Of a stretch of DNA of 64,000 nt, positions 54,209-63,802 are shown one piece after another. The stretch covers positions 160,001 to 224,000 of the forward strand of contig OZ252149.1 of the NCBI GenBank assembly GCA_965248755.1. Direction: 5' to 3'. Position 1 is the stretch's first letter. Each line of letters starts with the position of its first letter. The DNA comes from Candidatus Latescibacterota bacterium (lineage in GTDB: Bacteria; Latescibacterota; CBDEFO01). The position numbers were made by a program, and so were the translations under genes. The notes under the pieces are model-generated. The model saw only the letters and a program-made list of their open reading frames with translations. It was not told where the DNA came from and did not search any database.

Positions 54209-54496
54209 TTGATGACTAAGCGTGACTGGTATTGCGAAGATGTCCTCTCGGGGAAGCTCGACGTGCAGCGCGTCTACGAGGACGACCACGTCCTCGCTTT
54301 CCACCATCCCAGACCCGCGGCCGAGATTCACGTCGTTGTGGTCCCCAAGAGCCACGTCCCGTCACTACTCGACGAGGCCGCCCTCGACGGTGACCTTCTG
54401 TCGTCGATGGTCCGAGCGATTCAAGCAACCGTGACTCCGCACATGCACTGGCATGTTCTCGGGCCGGGTGCAGGTGCCGATTGGCCTAGGTTGTGA
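54209..54496 (+). pseudogene. HIT family protein, probably internally deleted
   Basis: VYEDDHVLAFHHPRP, HVVVVPKSH and HMHWH present; the segment before the triad is missing. Confidence 0.75.
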
Positions 54497-54669
54497 TGCG
54501 GTCGCGTCGCCCTGGTCTTCATCGGCGAAGTGTTGGTCGTCGCCGTAGAACACGCCAATCGAGCCGACCTGCTGAGTTCCCGATTTTTCGAAGTTGAACT
54601 TCCGCATAGAGCCATTACGATTGATCAAGAGTTCGTTCTGCCAATAACGAGGCGGCTCATTGGCATACC

Positions 54670-54929
54670 GTTAGGAAAATGAACATGTTAAGTTAGCGGC
54701 AAGTTGAGGCGTACGAGCAGGATGGTTTTCTGTCTGGAATTCGGGTGATGACTGATAAGAAGGAGGTGCAGTATTACCGGGATTCTTTTGATGCACTGGA
54801 GGCGAAAGAGGGCAGTGAAAAAGCTCAGACGGGGCTGTTCGACCGACATTTTGATCAACAGTTCATCTGGGAGATTGCGACGCATCCGAAGATCCTGGAT
54901 AGCGTGGCCGCGATCATCGGCCCGAACGT
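54670..54929 (+). pseudogene. Second, truncated copy of the PhyH cassette
   Basis: Repeats 53365-53624 starting at GTTAGG; TAG at codon 6. Confidence 0.92.
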
Positions 54930-55100
54930 CTGGGTAAGCCAGGACCATACGGCCCATGCCGACAAAGTCGACCATATTTTTCCTCACGACGGCTTGCGCG
55001 ACGTTAGGGAGCCAATCTTGCAGATAAGAATATCCGAAACCAACGTAAATCAAGTTGGGGCGCTGTTTCTTTAATGTTGCCACGGTCGATATCTGGGCTG
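54930..55100 (-). pseudogene. NADH:flavin oxidoreductase fragment
   Basis: Reads LIYVGFGYSYLQDWLPNVAQAVV...DFVGMGRMVLAYPD. Confidence 0.7.
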
Positions 55101-55274
55101 CACAACTGTGGTTAGCCGTTATTCACTTGAAGGGGAACAGACATAAGTCAGGTAAATATCCAGATGTCATAATAGACCGAAATGTTGAGTTTTTGTTGAC
55201 ATCCAAGATTGTTCTTGGTATTTTTCCTCTCGAGTATAGCCCGCACACAGAATTATTTGATTTAGATTGCAAAG

Positions 55275-55351
55275 TAAATAAGACGTATAGTCCACAATTC
55301 AAGACCAAGGTAGTGCTTGAAACGTTGCAGGGGGAAGAAAGCGCAGCCTAA
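55275..55351 (+). pseudogene. IS3-family OrfA remnant
   Basis: Reads KTYSPQFKTKVVLETLQGE. Confidence 0.6.
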
Positions 55352-55383
55352 AATGGGGAATCCACACTAAGAGAAAGAGGGAC

Positions 55384-57237
55384 ATGAAGCTCGCCACATT
55401 TGTAGAACAGGGCAAGGAGCGGTTCGGGATTATTCTGAACCATCCGGCAACCGGAACGGACTGGATCTTCGATCCGGAAGAGACTGAGAGGCGGCTGGAA
55501 CAGTATGCATCAGGTGGGTCGACCGGTTATCGTGTCAATCGCCCACATTTTCTTCAGCTGAGACCCTGGCCAAGGGACCTGAAGACCTTCCTGGCCTTGG
55601 GAGAACCGGGCATGACTGCTGCTCTCCGGCTCCTTGACTTTCTGCAGCGATTTCTAGAGCAGTCCGATCAGTTCCTCATGATCGGAGCGGGGTTCCCAGT
55701 GGATGAAGTACGGCTGCGCGCCCCGATCCCTCGACCTCGGCTGTACTTCGGCATGGTTGGTAACTCGCCGTCCTTTGTCCGCCATGCACCCAGTTGGGTC
55801 TCCCTCAACCTCTATCCAAAAGGTCATCAGCGCCCTCAGGGGACAGTGATAGGGCCAGGCGAGCCTCTGGTCCTGCCCAAAAACGGCCTCCCATGGGGAT
55901 TTAACGTCGAGTTAGGCGTGATTATAGGGCAGGGCGGACGTTATATCCCGGTAGACCAGGCGATGCAGCACGTTGCGGGTTTTACCGTTGTGACTGATGC
56001 GTGTGGCAACAACTATACTTGCCAGATACAAGCCGGGGCCGGCAAAGCTGACTTTCTGGATGGCGCCACCGAATCGTGGGGCGGCAAAAAGTGCGATACT
56101 ATGTGCCCTATGGGTCCTTATCTGGTCACTCGCGATGAAATCGGTAATGTCTACGATCTGCTGGTCTATACCCGCCAGTCGGGCTGGCTGCGAGACCGTT
56201 CTCACACAGCAGGCTCGTTACTGGGTGTAGAGCGGCTTATCCACTGGTTCTCATCTTTCGCAACCCTCTATCCTGGCGATGTGCTCCACTGTGCGACGAT
56301 GGGAGTAGATGGCTTATCGTGCGACGAGGACGTGCGCTTTGGCCCGAATGACTACATAGAGTCGGAGATTGAAAGAGTCGGCGTATTGCGCAATCCCGTG
56401 GTCATTCCAGATCATGAGGGAGGAGACTGGAGACCTGCCGATAACGTAGGACGAACAGTGCATCCCGCCCCTGCCGTGCGGGATTTGTTCCTGGAAGGTG
56501 CATCGGAGCTTCCCCAATCCGATGCATGGCGGATTGAGGATGCTCGCCACCTTTGGACCTTGTACGGGAATTACACAGATGTCGAAAAGGTGGAAGGGGC
56601 CTCAGTGGGTAAATACCCTCGATTCCTCAACGGTCCTAATTCTGCATTGAGCCGATCTCCGGCGGAGGTGGAGATTCCACCGCGGGCTCGGGCCGTCCAC
56701 GCTGGGCCGGAGTTGGCCTTCATAGTTCGCAAGGTCGCCTGCCGAGTACCCGAGTCGGAAGCGGACGAGTACATTCTGGGTTATGTACCGCTTGCTTCGT
56801 TCTGTGACCTCTCGTTCAAGGACGAGATCAGACAGATCTTGGACGATCACGACTGGGGCATGCCTAAGGTGTACGGCAGGTGGGCCGACGGTTTCTGTGT
56901 GGTCGATGAGACACCTATCCCTTTGTCGGCTGCGCAGTTGAAGGGTAGAGAAATGATTCTACGGATCGAGGGGTTTGGTCAAGCACTGGGAAATACCGAT
57001 GAATATGTTCATCTGGCCGCTCAGACCCTGGCGTTTATCACCCAGGGTATTACTCTCTTTCCCGGCGATATGGTGACTCTGGGGCGAGTTGCGAAGCAAG
57101 TGATCATTGCCTCCGATCAGAAGATTCCGCGGGGCACGCGCGGCGAGGCGACAGTAGAGGGGGTGGGAAGCGTCGAATTCGTACTCAAAGACAGGAGCCG
57201 ATCGAGACAGCAACAAGAGGTCGAGAGTCAAGTGTAA
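55384..57237 (+). CDS. Fumarylacetoacetate hydrolase family protein with two FAH-like domains
   Basis: MKLATF, LRAPIPRP, ELGVIIG, CPMGPYLVT, TLYPGD; second domain ELAFIV and ITLFPGD. Confidence 0.88.
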   Translation: MKLATFVEQGKERFGIILNHPATGTDWIFDPEETERRLEQYASGGSTGYRVNRPHFLQLRPWPRDLKTFLALGEPGMTAALRLLDFLQRFLEQSDQFLMIGAGFPVDEVRLRAPIPRPRLYFGMVGNSPSFVRHAPSWVSLNLYPKGHQRPQGTVIGPGEPLVLPKNGLPWGFNVELGVIIGQGGRYIPVDQAMQHVAGFTVVTDACGNNYTCQIQAGAGKADFLDGATESWGGKKCDTMCPMGPYLVTRDEIGNVYDLLVYTRQSGWLRDRSHTAGSLLGVERLIHWFSSFATLYPGDVLHCATMGVDGLSCDEDVRFGPNDYIESEIERVGVLRNPVVIPDHEGGDWRPADNVGRTVHPAPAVRDLFLEGASELPQSDAWRIEDARHLWTLYGNYTDVEKVEGASVGKYPRFLNGPNSALSRSPAEVEIPPRARAVHAGPELAFIVRKVACRVPESEADEYILGYVPLASFCDLSFKDEIRQILDDHDWGMPKVYGRWADGFCVVDETPIPLSAAQLKGREMILRIEGFGQALGNTDEYVHLAAQTLAFITQGITLFPGDMVTLGRVAKQVIIASDQKIPRGTRGEATVEGVGSVEFVLKDRSRSRQQQEVESQV

Positions 57238-57476
57238 TACTATAGAAGGAGGTATCTATGAAGCGAAGAAACTTTACGTTGCCGCTGTTAGACAGGTACC
57301 AACACTTCTAACCCGAATAATTCGTGAAATCTGAGAAATCTGCATAAATACTGGACTTTCCAGTTATCGCACGAAAACAAAGTTTGTTAGCCTAAATTGT
57401 ATAATCGATTGTCGTACATAGAATTATAGAAATTTTCAGCAAGTTTATGAATTAATCAGGCTAAAAGGATATTCAG

Positions 57477-58673
57477 ATGCTGTCTAATCGTCCCAAAATC
57501 GCTGCCATCGTCACGGAGTACCGCAAGCACTCCCATGGCCAGCACATTATTGACCGCTTCCTGGAGGGGTACGGCTGGAATAGTCGGCACCATCGCCCGC
57601 CCATGGACCTGGTCTCCCTCTACGTCGACCAAGTCAAAGAAGAAGATCTGAGCCGCGATCGTGCCGAGCGCTTTCCTGCCATGAAGATTTATCGCACTAT
57701 CGCTGACGCCCTGACCCTGGGAGGCAGCAAGTTAGCAGTCGACGGCGTTCTTCTCATCGGCGAGCACGGCAACTATCCGACCAACGAAAAGGGCCAGCGC
57801 CTCTACCCGCGCTACGAGTTCTTCAAGCAAATCGTCGCTGTCTTCAGAACTACCGGCCAAACCGCCTCCATCTTCAACGACAAACACCTGTCGTGGAACT
57901 GGGATTGGGCCCGGGAGATGTACGACATCTCTCAAGAGATGGACTTTGCATTCATGGCCGGCTCGTCCCTGCCGGTCACCTGGCGCACCCCGTCCATTGA
58001 TATGCCCTTGGGCGTCCGCGTCCGGGAGGCCATGTGCATCGCATACGGCGGTGTCGACAGCTACGACTTCCATGCACTGGAGACAATCCAGTGCATGGTG
58101 GAACGCCGCAAGGGCGGCGAAAAGGGCGTCAAGTGGCTGCAGGCCTACCGCGGCGACCCCTTCTGGGAGGCCCATCATCAAGGGCTCTGGTCTCGCCAGC
58201 TCTTCGAGGCAGCCCTCTGCCGCAGTCACACCCTCGCCCCCTCGCGACCGGGCTTCAACAACATCTTCCCGACCCTGGACGAGATGAAGAAACTTGTAGA
58301 AGATCCCATCGCCTACCAGTACGAGCACGTGGACGGCCTCAAGTCCACCATGATCCTGATGAACGGCCTGGTGCAGGACTTCAACTTCGCCGCCTACCTT
58401 GAGGGCCAGGGTGCACTGCTGTCCACTCAGATGTACCTGCCCATGCCGCCGGACCGCACAACCCTGGCTAACTTCTTCAGTCCCCAGGTAAACAACGTCG
58501 AAAAGATGTTCCTGACCGGCCAGCCATCGTACCCTGTCGAGCGCACCCTGCTGACCACCGGTCTGGTGGCCGCTGGCGTGGAGAGCCTCTTTCAGGACCA
58601 GAAGCGACAGGAGACCCCGCATCTGTCCATCTCCTATGAGGCGCCCGAGGAATCCAACTTCTGGAGGACATAA
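57477..58673 (+). CDS. Conserved hypothetical protein (Gfo/Idh/MocA-like), paralog 1
   Basis: Motifs AVDGVLLIGEHGNYP, FNDKHLS, AGSSLPVTWR, YDFHALE. Confidence 0.85.
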   Translation: MLSNRPKIAAIVTEYRKHSHGQHIIDRFLEGYGWNSRHHRPPMDLVSLYVDQVKEEDLSRDRAERFPAMKIYRTIADALTLGGSKLAVDGVLLIGEHGNYPTNEKGQRLYPRYEFFKQIVAVFRTTGQTASIFNDKHLSWNWDWAREMYDISQEMDFAFMAGSSLPVTWRTPSIDMPLGVRVREAMCIAYGGVDSYDFHALETIQCMVERRKGGEKGVKWLQAYRGDPFWEAHHQGLWSRQLFEAALCRSHTLAPSRPGFNNIFPTLDEMKKLVEDPIAYQYEHVDGLKSTMILMNGLVQDFNFAAYLEGQGALLSTQMYLPMPPDRTTLANFFSPQVNNVEKMFLTGQPSYPVERTLLTTGLVAAGVESLFQDQKRQETPHLSISYEAPEESNFWRT

Positions 58674-58688
58674 GTCAGTAGACAGTAG

Positions 58689-58711
58689 CCCCCGATTGAA
58701 TCTATCGGGGG
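58689..58711. repeat. 21-bp palindromic dispersed repeat, copy 4
   Basis: CCCCCGATTGAATCTATCGGGGG. Confidence 0.9.
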
Positions 58712-58808
58712 TATCTATCACTTCGGGTCTCTATAATTTGTCCGAACTATTTTGACCTGATACTTAGTCGCTGTAATTCACCAAACTCTTTATGGAGAAC
58801 ACGGCAAA

Positions 58809-60002
58809 ATGGCAGCTGACACACCTCCCAAACGCATCGCCGTCATCGCCACCATTTACAGATACCGGTCGCACGCTCAACACTTTGCGGATCGCTTTCT
58901 GGTAGGCTATCCCTACGAAGGCCGCTGGCACAGGCCTAACATGGAGGTTGTCTCGCTCTACGTAGATCAGAAGTCCGAAGGTGACCAGAGCACGGATCGC
59001 TGCCGCGAGTTCGGCCTTTCCGCGTACCCCACGATTGCCCAGGCTCTGCGCTGCGGCGGGGATGACCTTGCCGTGGATGCCGTGTTGATCATCGCCGAGC
59101 ACGGCGACTACCCCAGGAACCAGAAGGAACAGATTCTCTATCCGCGCTACGAGTTCTTCAAGGAGTGCGTTGAGGTCTTCGAGGCGGATGGGCGCTCCTT
59201 GCCCATCTACAACGATAAGCACTTGTCCTACAGCTTTGAGAAGGCCCGGGAAATGTTGGATGACAGTCACCGCTTGGGATTCCCGGTTTTGGCAGGCTCG
59301 TCCCTGCCGGTGACATGGCGCCTGCCTGACATCGAACTGCCCTTAGACTGCGGAATTGATAGTGCTCTAATGGTGGGTATGGGCGAATCGGACGCCATGG
59401 ACTACCACGCCCTCGAGGCCATGCAGTGCATGGTCGAGCGCCGCAAAGGTGGCGAGACCGGGGTCAGGGCTGTGCAGTTGATCGAGGGGGACGCCGTGTG
59501 GGAGGCCGGCGAAGAGGGCCGCTGGTCCAAAGAATTGCTGGAGTCCGCCCTCTCCCGCAGCGATAGGCCGCAGGGCCTCACCATGGAGGATGGCCGCACA
59601 CAGGATATGTTAGGCAACGGAGAGCTTCCCAAACTGGTCGAAAACCCGGCCGCCTATTTCATCGAGTACAACGACGGGCTGCAGGCTACTCTGCTGATGC
59701 TCAGCGGCGCTGTAGGAGACTTCTGCTTTGCCGCCCGCCTCAAGGATGTAGTCAACCCGATCTCCACTCAGTTTTTCCTGACCCCGGGGCCAAACGTTAC
59801 CTACTCGGCCTGCCTGGTGGCCAAGATCGAAGAGATGATCGCCACTGGCACAGCCCCCTTCCCGGCCGAGCGCACCCTCCTGGTCAGCGGTGTCCTGGAG
59901 AGCTGCCTGACCTCGCGCCTGCAGGACCACCAGCGGCTGGAGACCCCACACCTGCGCGTCGAGTACCGCGCTCCAGCCGAGTCCCACCACGCCCGCGGCT
60001 GA
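58809..60002 (+). CDS. Conserved hypothetical protein (Gfo/Idh/MocA-like), paralog 2
   Basis: Shares motifs and length with 57477-58673. Confidence 0.85.
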   Translation: MAADTPPKRIAVIATIYRYRSHAQHFADRFLVGYPYEGRWHRPNMEVVSLYVDQKSEGDQSTDRCREFGLSAYPTIAQALRCGGDDLAVDAVLIIAEHGDYPRNQKEQILYPRYEFFKECVEVFEADGRSLPIYNDKHLSYSFEKAREMLDDSHRLGFPVLAGSSLPVTWRLPDIELPLDCGIDSALMVGMGESDAMDYHALEAMQCMVERRKGGETGVRAVQLIEGDAVWEAGEEGRWSKELLESALSRSDRPQGLTMEDGRTQDMLGNGELPKLVENPAAYFIEYNDGLQATLLMLSGAVGDFCFAARLKDVVNPISTQFFLTPGPNVTYSACLVAKIEEMIATGTAPFPAERTLLVSGVLESCLTSRLQDHQRLETPHLRVEYRAPAESHHARG

Positions 60003-60582
60003 AGCTGTTGTCGTTATGGTCTGAATTTCAAGCCCAGTGGATTTTATTCCCAGCTTGGGATACCGATCGATTCACAAGGATAGCGGTTATCCGACTTTAA
60101 TTAGCGCAAGAAAATGAGCCCAGACCTTAGCACTACCCGTTGAATAGTGCTCGGTTGGGCTATCTCGGCAGATCTATGCGGGAGTTGCCAGGGTATTACA
60201 ACCGGGGGGCTCTGTAGGGAAATCTTCACCAATTTAGCAACGGAGTTTGTGGACATCAGTTCCTGGTAAGGCGGGGTCACTGCATCACCGTACCCCGTGC
60301 TGAGAAAGATAGGATCGAGAGGCCCGGCAAAAACGGATTACATCCAGTTTCTGCACTATATGGGTAAATGTTCAGTGGGCTTCTTTCTGTGGAACTATCT
60401 ATTGAACGGGTCAAGGTCTCAACTTATTGCTTCCGACAATGCCCGACAACCGGCCAGGAAACTGGAAACACGTGCTGATGTGTTTGAGTGGTTTCACTAT
60501 AATAGCGCGGAAGGAGTGAGTTGGAAAATGGGTTCCTGATATCATCCCATGGACAAACAACCGAAAGACAAGGGAGGGAAAA

Positions 60583-61065
60583 GTGAGCAAATCCCAGCAG
60601 ACAACAGACTTGGAAAAACGAATGGGAGCACCCGACCTGAGACAACGACCGCCCCGCAGTCCCCGCGTACGCCTTGGGGGTTTCGTAATCCTACCGCGCA
60701 TGTTGGACAAGGGGCGTGCTACCATCGCCAACCAGAACGGCGAATACCATTATGCCTGCCCTCTCGACAAGCGCTTTCTTAGCTACACCGGCATCGACCC
60801 GGAGCAGTTAAAGGAGGAACTAGCCGAGGGTAAGAGCGATTCCGAAATCCTTGAGTGGGTCCAAGCCAATGCCCCTCACAACCCCGAGCCGTGGGAGATC
60901 GCCCAGTGGTCCGCCTATCAGGAAGCCCGCGTTCCCCCCGACCCCGAGTCGCGCGAATTTTTTAACGAACTGCACAAAGCGGCGAGTGAGCAGCGCGAAG
61001 ACATCGCCACCTGGTTCGAATTACTCGACCTGGACGACCACGTCACATGTGGCGGAAAGGCGTGA
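60583..61065 (+). CDS. DUF5069-like protein
   Basis: Motifs DLRQRPPRSPRVRLGG..LPRMLDKGRA, GEYHYACPLD, TWFELLDLDD. Confidence 0.85.
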   Translation: MSKSQQTTDLEKRMGAPDLRQRPPRSPRVRLGGFVILPRMLDKGRATIANQNGEYHYACPLDKRFLSYTGIDPEQLKEELAEGKSDSEILEWVQANAPHNPEPWEIAQWSAYQEARVPPDPESREFFNELHKAASEQREDIATWFELLDLDDHVTCGGKA

Positions 61066-61155
61066 ATGATCGGGTCTTGCAAGATCGGCGTATCCCGACC
61101 GCTCAAAGGATCCACAACGCAAACCAATTTATTAAATAGACAGTGGTCGGTAGAC

Positions 61156-61192
61156 TCCTGATTGAATCTATTCCCGATTGAACCTATCGTGG
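61156..61192. repeat. Two degenerate adjacent or nested copies of the 21-bp palindrome
   Basis: TCCTGATTGAATCTAT followed by TCCCGATTGAACCTATCGTGG. Confidence 0.7.
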
Positions 61193-61313
61193 ACTAACGA
61201 GGGAGACAGGGTGCCGTCTCCTATCCCCTCGTGCTGTCTACTACTGTGGACCTCTACAATCTGTCGGCAAGCGATTCCTCGAACTGTAGGAATTTTCTGC
61301 AAAGGAATTGACT

Positions 61314-62777
61314 ATGAAATACTGTGTTAGTCTCTGCTGTGCACTCCTGGGGATCTCGGCTTCAATCTCTGACGCCCAGGACTTGCCAGCGCGCGAGTTG
61401 CGACAGGTCTTTGCGGCCAACGACTTCGTCCAACCACTGTTTCTGACACACGCCGGAGATGGCAGCGACCGCATCTTTGTAGTAGAGAAGCCTGGCCGCG
61501 TCAAGGTAATGCCTAATGTCGACGACGCCGTCGCTACGGATTTCCTGGACATCCGAGATCAGGTAAACGATAAAAGCGAAGGGGGCCTGCTCAGCGTGGC
61601 CTTCCATCCGCGCTACGCAGAAAACGGCCGCTTGTACGTCTACTACACACACGGCGACTTCATCTCACGTGTTTCAGAGTTCGAAGTGTCCGCCGACCCT
61701 GACGCCGCCGATATTCAGAGCGAGCGCGTTCTTTGGGAGACGTCACAGCCATCGGCGATTCACAATGGCGGCCAGCTCGCATTTGGACCGGACGGAATGC
61801 TCTATGTCGGACTGGGCGACGGAGGAGGAGGAGGGTATCCACTCCTGAACGTTCAGGATCCCACTACCTGGTTGGGCTCAATTCTGCGCATCGACGTCGA
61901 CGCTCGCACGGCAGGCCTCGAGTACGGTATCCCGCCTGATAATCCGTTCGTCGGTAACAGTCAAGACTGGCGCGAAGAGATCTGGGCGTACGGACTGCGC
62001 AACCCATGGCGCTTTAGCTTCGACAGGAAAAGCGGGCAGCTGTGGGCAGGAGACGTCGGGCAGAATAGGTGGGAAGAGGTCGATCTCATCGAAAAGGGCG
62101 CAAACTACGGCTGGAACAGGATGGAGGGATTTCATTGCATCTTTATCGACTGCGACACGGTCGGCGTTGCCCTGCCCGTGTTCGAGTATGGGCACATTGG
62201 CGGTGCCGGTGCCGCGGTTACGGGCGGATATGTCTACCGCGCCGCCCGTCTGGGCGGGTTATACGGAGTCTACATCTACGGCGATTTCATAAGCAAGAGA
62301 ATCTGGGGCCTGCGATACGAAGAGGGGAAGGTGCGTTCTAACGACCTGATCGCCACCTGTCCGTCGCACATCAGCAGCTTCGGCGAAGACGAGAGCGGAG
62401 AGATTTACATCGTGGGATTCGAAGGGCCAATCTACGTCTTCGAGCTCCTGCCGGGTGAGATGCCGACCGCCGTCCTATCGGAAGATGGCGAGCTGCCCCA
62501 GGCCGACGCGCTGCACCAGAACTACCCCAATCCGTTCAATCCCTCGACCACTATCTCATTCACGGTGGCAGCGCGCGGTCCGGTCGAACTCAGCATCTTC
62601 GACCTTCTCGGCCGTCGGGTACGGATACTCACCGAAGGACCAAGATCAGCAGGGCAACACACAGTCGTCTGGGATGGCAGCGACGAGAAGGGACGAGCGG
62701 TCGGGTCCGGCATCTACGTCTACCGGATTCGCATCGCTGACTTCGTGCAGACGCGCAAAATGGTGCTGGTCAAGTAG
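61314..62777 (+). CDS. PQQ-dependent sugar dehydrogenase (GSDH) with FlgD-Ig C-terminal domain
   Basis: Signal peptide; HNGGQLAFGPDG, GLRNPWRFSFD, GANYGW; tail QNYPNPFNPST...SGIY. Confidence 0.92.
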   Translation: MKYCVSLCCALLGISASISDAQDLPARELRQVFAANDFVQPLFLTHAGDGSDRIFVVEKPGRVKVMPNVDDAVATDFLDIRDQVNDKSEGGLLSVAFHPRYAENGRLYVYYTHGDFISRVSEFEVSADPDAADIQSERVLWETSQPSAIHNGGQLAFGPDGMLYVGLGDGGGGGYPLLNVQDPTTWLGSILRIDVDARTAGLEYGIPPDNPFVGNSQDWREEIWAYGLRNPWRFSFDRKSGQLWAGDVGQNRWEEVDLIEKGANYGWNRMEGFHCIFIDCDTVGVALPVFEYGHIGGAGAAVTGGYVYRAARLGGLYGVYIYGDFISKRIWGLRYEEGKVRSNDLIATCPSHISSFGEDESGEIYIVGFEGPIYVFELLPGEMPTAVLSEDGELPQADALHQNYPNPFNPSTTISFTVAARGPVELSIFDLLGRRVRILTEGPRSAGQHTVVWDGSDEKGRAVGSGIYVYRIRIADFVQTRKMVLVK

Positions 62778-62820
62778 GGCGGGACCATCATGACTGAGAG
62801 TCTCGATTAGGAGTAAGGGT

Positions 62821-63802
62821 ATGAAAATTCTGATTACTGTGGAACTGGAAGATCGCCTTGTTGAAGCAATTAGGGCCGTGTCGGATGAAGTGGAAGTTCT
62901 TTGCGCATCTGGCGAAGAAGCGCTGAGCATTATCCCTGAAGTGGAGGTGGTCTGCGGAGGGATTGGGCAGGAGATGTTTCTGAAGGCGGAGAAGCTGAGG
63001 TGGGTGCAGAGCTGGAGTGCGGGAGTGGATGAAATGCTCTTTCCAGAGCTGGTCGCGAGTGAGGTGGTGCTGACCAGCGCCAAGGGGACGGTGGGGGTGC
63101 ATCTGGCCGAGCATGCAATGGGCTTTGCTCTTGGGGCTAACGCGGGGGATCAATCGGGCTGTCCGAAAGCCGAGCTGGGACCAGCGGTTTCCGATTCGCT
63201 CTATATCCTGGGAACTGCTCGACCGGACCATGGGCATCGTCGGACTTGGGGGGACGGGGAGAGAGCTGGCGAGAAGGGCAGGCGCCTTTGGCATGCGCAT
63301 TGTCACCGTCGATCCGGAGGAGGTGGAAGTGCCACCAGAAGTGGAGGTCTGCTGGAAGATGGGTCGTTTCAACGACCTCCTGGCTGAGTCGGATGTGGTG
63401 GCAGTCTGTGCGCCGCTGACGAAGGAGACACAGGGGCTCTTCGACCGCAACGCGTTTCGCCGGATGTTGCCCCACGCGCTGCTGATCAACGTGACACGGA
63501 GGAAGATCGTCGACGAGCAGGCGCTGATGGAGGCATTGAGGACTGCGCAAATCGGCGGTGCCGGGCTGAACGTGCTGCCGGAAGAGCCACTGCCGGAGGT
63601 TCACCCTCTATGGAAAATAGAGAACGTGCTCATCACACCTCACACTGCCGATGGCTCGCCGAACCGGAACGATCGGCTGGTGGATCTGTTCTGCGAGAAT
63701 CTCAAGAGATTTCTGGCAGGCAAAGAATTGCTAAGCCCAATCGACAAAGAGATAAGGGTACTGATCAGCGGTTTCGTGGCGCCTTCGAGCTTCTCCAGGT
63801 AG
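62821..63802 (+). pseudogene. D-2-hydroxyacid dehydrogenase, +1 frameshift near 63121
   Basis: LRWVQSWSAGVD...LAEHAM in one frame; GIVGLGGTG, INVTRR and ITPHTA in another. Confidence 0.88.

Noticed and set aside
57732..58721. Long antisense ORFs (also 2351-3265, 13373-14167, 21823-22758)
   Set aside because: Shadows of GC-rich genes on the opposite strand.
63113..63125. Programmed frameshift in the dehydrogenase
   Set aside because: No slippery heptamer; a single extra G fits mutation or sequencing error.
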